Assembly: GCF_000341395.1 (NCBI RefSeq)
Contig: NC_020304.1
Span: 3,300,001-3,332,000 of the forward strand
DNA length: 32,000 nt
Source: Desulfocapsa sulfexigens DSM 10523
GTDB lineage: Bacteria > Desulfobacterota > Desulfobulbia > Desulfobulbales > Desulfocapsaceae
Direction of reading: 5' to 3'
In this document: in pieces, positions 8,034 to 16,828 of the stretch
Numbering within the stretch: the first letter of the stretch is position 1
Layout of the letters: every line of letters begins with the position of its first letter
Program-made: the position numbers and the translations under genes
Notes under the pieces: model-generated
What the model was told of the DNA's origin: nothing
What the model saw: the letters and a program-made list of their open reading frames with translations, nothing else
The model's database searches: none

Positions 8034-9053
8034 ATGAAAAAAAGATACCTGACCCCCTTACTTCTCGTTGGCCTCATGCCTCTTCTTACTCACTGTGCCT
8101 CCCAGCAGGATGTCCAAAACCTGAGCTATAATATCCGGTCTATCAATAAAAAACTTGATGACATGAAGATGAACACCGTTGAACAGATGCAACAGCGACA
8201 AGCCATGTCATCTGGCTACCTCGATCAATTACAGGCAGACATGTTGAAGCTCAAAAGTGAGCTTGATGAAACAGCGCACATGAACAGATTGCTTCAGGAG
8301 CAAAACAAGGAATTACAACTTTCTTTACAAAATCTTGCCATTCAGCAGGAAGAGAAACTTACCGTAAAGGTGGCTGAACTCGACTCCAGGATAACCAGCC
8401 AGAAAGAATCACTTACGGCAATGCAACTGGCACGTATCCAGGATGCTGAGAGACGTTCAAAGGCTGCAAAAATGGCTGCAGATGAAGCAATGCGTAAGGC
8501 TCAGCAAGCTGCACAATTACGAGCAGAATCAGAAAAAGGTGATATCTCTCACTTGAAAGCAACCTCACAAAAAGTACTTTTTTCACCTGCCAATACAACT
8601 GTGGAACCTGACACCACTGACACCACTACTGCTGCTCCTGTTGCAATTATCAAACAATCTGCCGTCAAATCTGCCACTTCTACAGTGGTGGCTATCGACT
8701 CATATGCTCAGGCAATGCAGCAGTACAGAGATGGCAACTACAAAGCAGCCTTTACACTTTTTGAAAAAACTGCCACCCAGCGAGGATCGTCAAACGCTTT
8801 AATAGCCAGGTACATGATGGGAGAGTCTCTCTTTAAACTAGAGGAATATGATCAGGCAATCATTCAATATCAGCAGATCATATCAAGCTTCCCTGGAAAC
8901 CCACAGGCTGCGAAGGCACTTCTGAGACAGGGTGAGGCATTCGAACAGTTGTCGGATACCGAAACTGCTCGTATAATTTATAAGAAAATAACAGCATCCT
9001 ATGGATCATCCCCCGAGGCAGTTACAGCGCAACAAAAGCTTTCAACACTATAG
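8034..9053 (+). CDS. cpoB: CpoB/YbgF-like Tol-Pal accessory protein: signal peptide, coiled coil, Thr-rich linker, C-terminal TPR
   Basis: 339 aa. The N-terminal hydrophobic leader ends in LLTHCAS. A long heptad-rich segment follows (LDQLQADMLKLKSELDE...). The C-terminus has the YbgF-type TPR region (YRDGNYKAAFTLFEK...MGESLFKLEEYDQAIIQYQQIISSFPGNPQAAKALLRQGEAF). It lies directly after tolB. Confidence 0.78.
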   Translation: MKKRYLTPLLLVGLMPLLTHCASQQDVQNLSYNIRSINKKLDDMKMNTVEQMQQRQAMSSGYLDQLQADMLKLKSELDETAHMNRLLQEQNKELQLSLQNLAIQQEEKLTVKVAELDSRITSQKESLTAMQLARIQDAERRSKAAKMAADEAMRKAQQAAQLRAESEKGDISHLKATSQKVLFSPANTTVEPDTTDTTTAAPVAIIKQSAVKSATSTVVAIDSYAQAMQQYRDGNYKAAFTLFEKTATQRGSSNALIARYMMGESLFKLEEYDQAIIQYQQIISSFPGNPQAAKALLRQGEAFEQLSDTETARIIYKKITASYGSSPEAVTAQQKLSTL

Positions 9054-9117
9054 GAAACGGGTTCGAGACAGTTTCCCAAACAGGGACTACGTGGAAAAAG
9101 CAAAATTGTAAAGTGTT

Positions 9118-9846
9118 ATGGGAAAATTACGCCTTGATGAGCTTCTCGTTCACACGGGGTTAACTGCCGATTTACAGCTGGCTCGGCGCCTGATTGGTGC
9201 CGGTGAAGTCTCCGTTGATGGTATATGTGCCGACAAAGCAGGCACTTATTATCCCGACACCAACCTTCCTGTAATCAAAACTAAATGCCCCTTTGTGTCC
9301 CGTGGCGGTTACAAGCTGCAGGGTGGTCTTGATACCTTCTCAATAGACCCCGGCGGATTTATCTGTGCCGATATAGGTGCCTCCAGTGGCGGTTTCACCG
9401 ACTGTCTCCTGCAGCGCGGGGCGAAGAAAGTATACGCAGTGGATGTTGCCTACGGAATGCTTGACTGGAAGCTCCGTCAGGACGAACGGGTTGCTGTTAT
9501 AGAACGCTTTAATGCACGCAAAATTAGTCAGAAACAAATCCCCGAACCCCTGGATCTTGCTGTCATTGATGCAGCATTTATATCTCTCACCAAATTGCTC
9601 CCCCCTCTTATCCCACTTTTCAGAAAAAAGGTATCAATTATCTGCTTAATCAAACCTCAATTTGAGCTACCTCCCAAACTTATCCCAAAAGGTGGAGTAG
9701 TCATCAACGAGGAACATCATCAGCTGGCAATTGACAAAATATATGATTTTTTAGATTTAACAGGACTCCGCCCATTACAGATGACACCAAGTCCAATACT
9801 GGGGCCAAAGGGGAATCGGGAGTTTCTTCTTTTAATCGGCAATTAA
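9118..9846 (+). CDS. tlyA: TlyA-family 16S/23S rRNA (cytidine-2'-O)-methyltransferase
   Basis: 242 aa. It has an N-terminal S4-like segment (RLDELLVHTGL...RRLIGAGEVSVDG) and an FtsJ-type SAM fold (SRGGYKLQGGLDTF...ADIGASSGGFTDCLLQRGAKKVYAVDVAYG). Confidence 0.87.
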   Translation: MGKLRLDELLVHTGLTADLQLARRLIGAGEVSVDGICADKAGTYYPDTNLPVIKTKCPFVSRGGYKLQGGLDTFSIDPGGFICADIGASSGGFTDCLLQRGAKKVYAVDVAYGMLDWKLRQDERVAVIERFNARKISQKQIPEPLDLAVIDAAFISLTKLLPPLIPLFRKKVSIICLIKPQFELPPKLIPKGGVVINEEHHQLAIDKIYDFLDLTGLRPLQMTPSPILGPKGNREFLLLIGN

Positions 9847-9897
9847 CTATAGCAACTTATGTGGCAAGATCAATCTCTTGTTATAGAGACAGCAGAC

Positions 9898-10854
9898 TCA
9901 CTGCGTGTCCCACAGATTCACAAGTGTATACGGACTTCCTTTGGGTGACCAGAAATCACCGCTGACATAGCGACGGTTCCGGTCAAGTCCTGCTATTTCC
10001 TGTAAATCTTTCTGCGTAAGTAACACATCTGCTGCCAAGAGATTTTGCTTCATTCGCTCAGGGTTGACCGACTTGGGAATGACCGCGGTTCCCCGATGGA
10101 TTGCCCAACTGATGAGCACCTGGGCCTGCGTGGACCCGCATCGTTCAGCAATAGTCGCGAGGACAGGTTCCTGCATAAGTACAGGCTCGTTTTTCACTTT
10201 CATTCCAGGAGGTCTATCCAATGAACCCAGTGGTGAATAGGCAGTAAGATGAATTTGGTTTTTTTTGCAATAGTCTAGCATAGCAGGCTGCTGTAGATAC
10301 GGGTGTAATTCGATCTGGTTCATCTCGGGTTTCAGCCTCGCGGTACCAAGAAGATCCTGCAGTTTGGTGGTACTGAAATTAGAAACACCTATATGCCTGC
10401 ATAGCCCCTTCTCGACCATTGCTTCCATTGCCTTCCAGGTTTTCGAGATTGGCAAAACATCGAGACTGATAAAGTCTTTTGCAGACTCGGGAAAGACAAC
10501 TCCCCTCTTTATCACAACCGGCCAGTGAATCAGATAGAGATCAAGGTAATTAAGTTGCAGATCCGAGAGGGTTTTTTCTAGTGCCTGCTGGACATCCTCG
10601 GGTTCATGGGAATTATTCCATAGTTTTGAGGTAATCCATAGCTGATCTCTGCTGACCACACCCTCCTGAAAAGACTCAAGCAGGGCCTGACCAATCTCGG
10701 GTTCATTGCCATATATTGCCGCGCAATCGATGTGACAGTAACCTAACCGTAAGGCTTCCTTGACCGCCCTATATACGTCACCGGGTGCAGATTTCCAGGT
10801 TCCCAATCCCAGAATAGGCATCTGATCACCGTTATCGAATTGAAGTGTCTTCAT
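9898..10854 (-). CDS. aldo/keto reductase (AKR superfamily)
   Basis: 318 aa with AKR motifs: LGLGTWKS, HIDCAAIYGNE (catalytic Asp/Tyr region), ITSKLW (Lys), LIHWP (His) and AVIPKSVNPERMKQN (C-terminal NADPH-binding signature). Confidence 0.9.
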   Translation of the reverse strand: MKTLQFDNGDQMPILGLGTWKSAPGDVYRAVKEALRLGYCHIDCAAIYGNEPEIGQALLESFQEGVVSRDQLWITSKLWNNSHEPEDVQQALEKTLSDLQLNYLDLYLIHWPVVIKRGVVFPESAKDFISLDVLPISKTWKAMEAMVEKGLCRHIGVSNFSTTKLQDLLGTARLKPEMNQIELHPYLQQPAMLDYCKKNQIHLTAYSPLGSLDRPPGMKVKNEPVLMQEPVLATIAERCGSTQAQVLISWAIHRGTAVIPKSVNPERMKQNLLAADVLLTQKDLQEIAGLDRNRRYVSGDFWSPKGSPYTLVNLWDTQ

Positions 10855-11403
10855 CGTCGTTCCTCCGTTATTTTGATTCCATTACAGTCTCCAGACAAAA
10901 TCGCATCTCCTTATTAAGGTATCGATAAATCGTGGTTTGTCCATTAAAACAACCTGAAACGAAAAAAAACAGTCCACCGCGTAGCGGCTTCGTCCAACTA
11001 AGTTTTTTAATAAAAAAGGCTTGTTCTCTTGGAATGCTTTTCTGCTGAACGTAAGAATCTGTTTAACTGTTTCAATGGCCCGAAACCCGAATTAAGGAAT
11101 TAGGTTGGGGGGCAAGCAACTCTTCTGCCATGTCATGCGATACCTGCTGTATCGAGATATCAGTAAGCACAATTCTGTGTGCCAAGATATTATTAAAGTC
11201 GTTCGCTATCCCGTCAGCAACCTGAGTTCAGTGACATCTAGACAGAAGAAATCAATTTGCTCGACAACCATGCCCTGGCTGAGGAAGAACAAATTCATGT
11301 AACGCCTGAATTGATAAAGAAATTTGCTGTTCCCTTGCGGTGTGTCATCGACTATCTGTCATATCGTGAAAAAGAACATCTCAGGCGAGTCGAACAATAC
11401 AGC

Positions 11404-12761
11404 CTAACACTCGATACCCAGATCCTTAAGTTTTTTCCAAAGAACCTTTCTGCTGATACCAAGTTTGTCGGCAGCTGCAATTTTTTTTCCGTCCGTCTCA
11501 TCAAGAGTCTTAAGGATTCTCTGTCGTTCGTAACATTTAACCCCCTCATCCAAAGACAGGTCTTCGGTAATACAAGGAAGATCTTCGCCCCCCCCCTACA
11601 TTCCGAAGGCAGGTGTGTCACATATATATGACTTCCGGTAGAGAGAAGAACTGCTCTCTCTATGGCATTCTTGAGTTCCCTCACATTCCCCGGATAGTCA
11701 TAGGCCAGAAGCCTTTTATAGGCATCTGGAGAAATATCCAGCCCTTTTTTTCTGTACTTTGTGGAATAAATTTTAAGAAAATGCTCAGCAAGGGCGGTTA
11801 TGTCTTCGCCCCGCTCACGTAACGGCGGCAAATGGATGGGGACAACATTGATCCTGTAAAACAGATCCTCTCTGAACGTCCGTTCGCTAATAGCTTTTTT
11901 CAGATCCTTGGCCGTGGCAAAAATTGTCCGTACATCTATCTTGATACTGGTATTGCTCCCTAATCTGGTGAGTTCATGTTCTTCAAGCACTCTGAGAAGC
12001 TTTGCCTGCAGAGTGATGGGCATCTCCCCAATCTCATCAAAAAAAATAGTTCCTCCATCCGCCACTTCGAATTTACCCTTTTTCGACTGGACAGCACCGG
12101 TGAAAGCACCTTTTTCGTAACCAAAGAGTTCAGATTCAAGAAGATCTTCAGGGATAGCAGCACAATTAATCTTGAGAAAAGTCTTGTCTTTACGAAGGCT
12201 CAATCTGTGGAGAGCGCTGGCCACTAGTTCCTTACCTGTACCACTTTCTCCCTGGATACGAACCGGGACATCGGTTGGGGCAACGGTGGCCAAGCGATCA
12301 AATACGGCCTTAATGGCCGAGCTTTCTCCAATAAACTCCTCAGACTGACTCTTTTCTCGGACGGTTTCACGGAGCTGATCATTTTCAAGCTGGAGTTGCC
12401 TGTATCTGAAATACCGGTCCACAACAATAAGAAGAGTGTCGTTACTAAAGGGTTTACTCAGGTAGTCGAAGGCTCCTTTTTTTATGGCAGACACTGCAGT
12501 ATCTACCTCTGGAAAACCAGTAATGATGATAACACCCGTATCAGGACAAATTTTCATGGATTCAGTAAGTATCTCCATGCCGCTCATCCCTGGGAGCCTG
12601 AAGTCTGTAATAATTAGGTCAAAGTTATGTTGCTGTATAGCTTTTAGCCCCTCTATGCCATCTTCACAGGCAGTCACCTCGTAGCCGTGTCCGCTGAGAG
12701 AGTGACTGACTCCAAGCCGCATGGAGAGTTCGTCTTCTATGAGGAGAATATTTCGTTTCAT
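11404..12761 (-). CDS. sigma54-dependent (NtrC-family) response regulator, frameshifted at a C9/G9 homopolymer (11588-11596) between the AAA+ domain and the Fis-type HTH
   Basis: - Receiver domain: LLIEDE...LIITDFRLPGMSG.
- AAA+ domain: Walker A GESGTGKE and the sigma54-contact loop GAFTGA.
- After the G9 run, the track ORF (to 11352) reads nonsense.
- The adjacent frame reads EDLPCITEDLSLDEGVKCYERQRILKTLDETDGKKIAAADKLGISRKVLWKKLKDLGIEC and ends with a stop at 11404-11406. That is a typical Fis-type HTH tail.
- Ten (or seven) G residues would restore the reading frame. Confidence 0.85.
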
Positions 12762-14239
12762 GTGTTCTCAGGCTCGCTGAGGGGAAGACTTATGATGAAT
12801 TTTGCACCCTGGCCTTCCTCTGATTCAGCGTGAATACGTCCCCCATGTTGTTCAATGATAGATTTACAAACTGCCAGACCAAGCCCTGTTCCCTTGCCGG
12901 GGTCCTTTGTGGTGAAAAAAGGGTCAAAAATCCTTGGCAGTACCTCGGGATCTATCCCGGGGCCAGTATCAGCTATGCTGAGAAAACAATCCTCTTCATC
13001 CCTCGTCAGATCCAGAGAAAGAGTTCCTCCCATGGCCATGGCATGGATCGCATTAATGATAATATTAAGGAACACCTGTTCAATCTTAGCCGGATCCACG
13101 GGAACCAACGGCATGTCTTCGCAGGATTCCCGATGCACTGTAATCTTCTGTTTGATAAGAAAAGTATCTACTAATTTAAAGCAATTATCAACAATTTCAC
13201 AAATGGAAGAAGGTACGATATCAATTGGTGTTTTTCTTGAAAAATCAAGGAGTCCCTGAACCGTATTTTGTATTTTATGAAGCCCGGAGTTGATAACTTC
13301 TATATGGGTCTTCCGAGACTCCTCATCCATGGAATCTTTGGCGAAATTATTAAAGCATAGGATCACTCCGCCAAGGGGATTATTTATTTCATGAGCCACC
13401 CCGGCCGCGAGATTGCCGACGGTAGCCATTTTATCTGTCTGACAGATAAGATCCATGGTTTTCACTTTTTCTCTGTCTGCCTGCTGCAGCTTACTGATCA
13501 TCCAGGAAAAACTGGCTTGCAACCTGCCGATCTCATCTTTGCGTTGCTCAGGAATAGAATACTGGATATCCAGATTCCCTTTTTCTGTTATCAGATCCAT
13601 GGTATTGGCCAGATTGATCAAGGGAGTTGCAAAAGCCCTACCAGCAATGCCAATAACAACGAGGGCTCCTAAAATCATCAATGACACCATGGAAAGAATC
13701 TCATTTCGCAGGGTACGGACCCCTTCATTTACTTCCTCTAAGGAAAAACCAATCCGACATACCCCCCAATTCTTGGTACTTATCTTCAGGGGCGCCACCA
13801 CATCAATCATATCGATTCCCTGAGAGTTTTTAAATTGCTGTATCGCTATTTCCATAGCCTGCAAAGACTCCGTCGTGACCGGATCAGTATATATTTTCCC
13901 ATACTCCCTTATGTCGCTATGAGAAAGCACTTTACCGTGTGGATCAAGAACAACCAGGTAGAGAAGGCGTTTTTCTTTACGGATAATATCTGAGACATAA
14001 TAGTCAAGATAATCGGTAAGGCCTACATTATCAACAAGGCCCAGTTCCTTATATACAAGAGCATTTGTAAAGATTACTCCTGATATTTCAGCAATTATCT
14101 TTGCCTGGTGAATTGTATCCTCGGTATAGAGTTTCTTTTCACGACTGATAATCAGATAACCAAAGATACCCGCAAAAAGAAAGATACAGAGCGAGGCGAT
14201 AACAATAAACTTCCCCTGAACGCCTTGAAAAAATTTCAT
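12758..14239 (-). CDS. sensor histidine kinase: two TM helices flanking a ~150-aa periplasmic domain, then HAMP, HisKA and HATPase_c
   Basis: 493 aa. TM1 is IVIASLCIFLFAGIFGYLII and TM2 is MVSLMILGALVVIGIAG. The H-box is AAGVAHEINNPL. The N-, G1- and G2-box regions read IINAIHAM, DTGPGI and GTGLGLAVC. ATGA overlaps occur at both ends (14236-14239 and 12758-12761). Confidence 0.9.
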   Translation of the reverse strand: MKFFQGVQGKFIVIASLCIFLFAGIFGYLIISREKKLYTEDTIHQAKIIAEISGVIFTNALVYKELGLVDNVGLTDYLDYYVSDIIRKEKRLLYLVVLDPHGKVLSHSDIREYGKIYTDPVTTESLQAMEIAIQQFKNSQGIDMIDVVAPLKISTKNWGVCRIGFSLEEVNEGVRTLRNEILSMVSLMILGALVVIGIAGRAFATPLINLANTMDLITEKGNLDIQYSIPEQRKDEIGRLQASFSWMISKLQQADREKVKTMDLICQTDKMATVGNLAAGVAHEINNPLGGVILCFNNFAKDSMDEESRKTHIEVINSGLHKIQNTVQGLLDFSRKTPIDIVPSSICEIVDNCFKLVDTFLIKQKITVHRESCEDMPLVPVDPAKIEQVFLNIIINAIHAMAMGGTLSLDLTRDEEDCFLSIADTGPGIDPEVLPRIFDPFFTTKDPGKGTGLGLAVCKSIIEQHGGRIHAESEEGQGAKFIISLPLSEPENT

Positions 14240-15141
14240 TTTTCACTCTCAATACTTATGCCCTGTTTTTGCAAATACCAAATCATTTGTCTGACAGGAT
14301 CATACCTGGAATCATCAACTCTCATAAAACCATATCGTATATTCACATCCCACGTATCCATCATGGCTCTTTGTTTTGGATTTAGATAATCAAGATCGAG
14401 AAGGACTTCTTCAAGAGAGCGTATCAACGCTGAATCCAAGTCGGGTCGAATGACAAGTAAAAAACCCGGAAGGGGGTCGGTTTGGCCGATAATTTTAATC
14501 CCCTTCCCCCGGTACTTTCTGGCAACAGAATCAAGCACGACACCCGCATCATAATTTCCTCTAAGAATCTCTCTAGCCACCGAATCGTGATAACTGAGAT
14601 TTTCATAGGTACTAAAATCCTGGAGACCGATCTTTTCATTGGCATACAGATGGTACAGGGGCGCTAGATTTCCTGACGTGGAGTGGTGCGAGGCAAAGGC
14701 AAAGCTCTTTCCCTTGAGGTTCCGAAGTTTACTTATCTCAGCGTTCCCCTCTCGTGCTATAAAGGTTCCTTGGTAAAACGGTTTTTGTTCAGAGTTCAGG
14801 GCAGCGAGAAAGGGCAGGCCACAGGAAGTACTCGCGGCCTCAATATAGGTTAGCCCGCCCAGAAGAGCAATATCAATACTCCCATCGCAAAGAAGCCTGA
14901 TGATACTTGGATAATCCTGGGTGATTTTTAGTTCAAAATCATAGGGGGTTGATTTACTCAAAAAATCGACAAATGGCTGGTATTGTCTGTACATAACCAG
15001 TGGATGGTACAGTGTGATAACCCCGAGGCGAACAACTGGTGACATACGACCCTGATCCGAGGCAGCAGCTTCAAGGTCTGAAAAGAGAACAGGCTGAATA
15101 ATGCAGGAAAACAAAACAATAATGGCACAATAGCGCAACAT
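14236..15141 (-). CDS. periplasmic substrate-binding protein, PhnD/phosphonate-ABC-type (PBP) family; candidate ligand sensor partner of the adjacent kinase
   Basis: The mature part (VRLGVITLYHP...YQPFVDFLS...DIALLGGLTYIEA...GKSFAFASHHSTSGNLAP) fits the PhnD-like fold pattern. The probable start is ATG at 15141 (MLRYCAIIVLFSCIIQPVLF signal peptide) rather than the track start at 15198. Its stop overlaps the kinase start (ATGA). No ABC permease or ATPase lies next to it. Confidence 0.72.
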   Translation of the reverse strand: MLRYCAIIVLFSCIIQPVLFSDLEAAASDQGRMSPVVRLGVITLYHPLVMYRQYQPFVDFLSKSTPYDFELKITQDYPSIIRLLCDGSIDIALLGGLTYIEAASTSCGLPFLAALNSEQKPFYQGTFIAREGNAEISKLRNLKGKSFAFASHHSTSGNLAPLYHLYANEKIGLQDFSTYENLSYHDSVAREILRGNYDAGVVLDSVARKYRGKGIKIIGQTDPLPGFLLVIRPDLDSALIRSLEEVLLDLDYLNPKQRAMMDTWDVNIRYGFMRVDDSRYDPVRQMIWYLQKQGISIESEK

Positions 15142-15433
15142 GGTGGCATTTTCTCCCTGAAAAGTGTGATGGTGGACTATATGAGTTATGGAAAACAATA
15201 ATCATCCATCCTGCTTGTCCTTTCGGAGTCTGCGCTTACCTGCCCATTTTATGCACTGTGGCAACAGTTACATCCCCCTGCTTTACGCCCATTGCCACAC
15301 CTTGAGAACAAACAAAAAACTTACACAGGTAAGCGAGGAACGAGACTCCGATAGTGGACAATTATTTTTCCCATCGCCCTGTGATTTTACAGATACCCAA
15401 TCATTAAAACAGCTATACAGATAAAACAGGATA

Positions 15434-16132
15434 TCACATTTTTTTGTTCCATGAAGAAAACATACGCATCTCATACTGAAAAAATTTATTAGCCATCTCC
15501 GCCAGTAAAGAAAAATAGGTTTTTGGCTTCCTCTTCTTGACATCAGCCAGAAATTGATGCATCCACTTTCCAGGATGGTCAATAAAAAATCGGCACTGTT
15601 CATCTTGAGAAAAGGATCCCGACTCAATGGCCTTTTCGATCAGACAGGCCATAAAGTCGAGTTCAAGAGCAATATGATCGGGCAGCAAATAGGAATGCTG
15701 AGGATCCACAGTAAAGCCATATTGTTCATACTGCTCGCCTACACGCCGAGCAGATTGTCCCATAATAGTATCTTCCAGATACACGGATTCGTAAGGGGAA
15801 ATCCTGTTTGTATTGGGACTATTGATAAAGAGCGCAGTATGGTCACAGCAGAGCTCATTAAAATCCAGGGAAGAAGACATGTCAGCTAAAACTTCTGTCT
15901 CCTCTCTTACATCGAGGCACAGAACCTCTGACGCCTCTCCTAAAACTCCAGGGAGTTCGCGTGTAAAGGTAGTCCAGTCAATGTCACCTGGATAAAGATA
16001 GGCGAGGCTTAACATCTTGTAGATGGCATGCCTTGCCAGATGCAGCTGCTCTGTATCTCTGCCCTGCTCCTGACTAAAGGCAAGAATCCCAACAGAGCCA
16101 GCGTTACTTTCGGTCTCGGCTGTAACTTTCAT
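15434..16132 (-). CDS. TorD/DmsD-family redox-enzyme maturation chaperone
   Basis: 232 aa with motifs typical of the TorD/NarJ family: YKMLSLAYLYP, HTALFINSPN...ISPYESVYL, and LPDHIALELDFMACL. It is the last gene of the molybdoenzyme operon. Confidence 0.8.
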   Translation of the reverse strand: MKVTAETESNAGSVGILAFSQEQGRDTEQLHLARHAIYKMLSLAYLYPGDIDWTTFTRELPGVLGEASEVLCLDVREETEVLADMSSSLDFNELCCDHTALFINSPNTNRISPYESVYLEDTIMGQSARRVGEQYEQYGFTVDPQHSYLLPDHIALELDFMACLIEKAIESGSFSQDEQCRFFIDHPGKWMHQFLADVKKRKPKTYFSLLAEMANKFFQYEMRMFSSWNKKM

Positions 16133-16150
16133 TATCCCTTATACTCCCAC

Positions 16151-16828
16151 TTATTGTTCATTCTGTTTGATTTTTTCATACCAGAGAGGATGATGAGACT
16201 TAACTTCTTCCTCATTAAGCTCACCGGTACCAAACATAGCCTTGAAACCGGCCCTGTTTAACGGATGAATACCAAAATACATATGCCCCAGAAGAGTCGG
16301 AAGTAAAAGGGCAAAACCGATATCGTGAAGATTCCTGGCAAGTGTCAGCGTTGCCACTGAAAACGACCCACGAAACCAAAGAACGAATCCCGAAAAGGCC
16401 AGCATGGCAATGCAGACAATAAACACATAGGCTGCAATCTTCTGACCTGCATTATATTTCCCCTGCCTGGCGTGTTTAAAATCAATATAACTGGTCTTCA
16501 GTCCTCCTATTCCGGCAGCCCCCGATTCAGGCCAGATATGCCATTGAGCAATCTGCAGCAACTGGGTGACAGCAAAAGGGAGACTGAAAAGCAGAAAAAG
16601 CATGGCCGCCACTCTGTGTATGATGCGGCAGACCTGAATACCAGCGGTCAGGGCATCACCATTCTGGCTACTGATAAAATCAACGGGCACACCGAAGCAA
16701 TACGCAATCCAATGAAAATAGTGAGAAAGTATTGGTAAGCCTGTCAGGATAAAAAAGAACATCAGGATGATGATTGATTTATGATAAAACATCTGAAACG
16801 GGGTAAACGCTGTGATCTTTTTACTCAT
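16151..16828 (-). CDS. membrane di-haem cytochrome b subunit (FdnI/PhsC-like, PF01292-type)
   Basis: It has at least four TM helices with conserved His residues (FYHKSIIILMFF..., RIIHRVAAMLFLL, NLHDIGFALLLPTLLGHMYFGIHP). The probable start is ATG at 16828 (MSKKITAF...), preceded by GGAGGA. This start overlaps the Fe-S gene end by 8 nt. The track start at 16903 would lie inside the upstream gene. Confidence 0.78.
   Translation of the reverse strand: MSKKITAFTPFQMFYHKSIIILMFFFILTGLPILSHYFHWIAYCFGVPVDFISSQNGDALTAGIQVCRIIHRVAAMLFLLFSLPFAVTQLLQIAQWHIWPESGAAGIGGLKTSYIDFKHARQGKYNAGQKIAAYVFIVCIAMLAFSGFVLWFRGSFSVATLTLARNLHDIGFALLLPTLLGHMYFGIHPLNRAGFKAMFGTGELNEEEVKSHHPLWYEKIKQNEQ

Noticed and set aside
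9898-10854. The impression that the aldo/keto reductase gene, the only opposite-strand gene in its neighbourhood, is slightly more GC-rich and might be horizontally acquired.
   Set aside because: I cannot compute composition reliably by eye. No flanking repeats, tRNA or mobility genes are present.
10962-10989. A possible rho-independent terminator on the minus strand (GCCGC-TAC-GCGGT hairpin, then T8) downstream of the regulator genes.
   Set aside because: The stem is only 4-5 bp, and the U-run is separated from it by 6 nt. That is too weak to call.
11105-11631. Plus-strand ORFs 11105-11302 and 11257-11631 (65 and 124 aa) in the track.
   Set aside because: They are antisense shadows of the response-regulator HTH tail and of the intergenic remnant. 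They have no motifs and no ribosome-binding site. The minus-strand Fis-type HTH reading explains the open frames.
15258-15333. The inverted repeat GTGGCAA-N27-TTGCCAC (15258-15298), and a small hairpin CTTAC-loop-GTAAG followed by a T6 run on the minus strand (15314-15333), between the TorD-like gene and the binding-protein gene.
   Set aside because: A 7-bp repeat with a 27-nt loop and a 5-bp AT-rich stem are both within chance expectation. TGGCAA does not have a correctly spaced TTGC for a sigma54 site. They may be a weak terminator or operator, but the support is not enough to annotate them.
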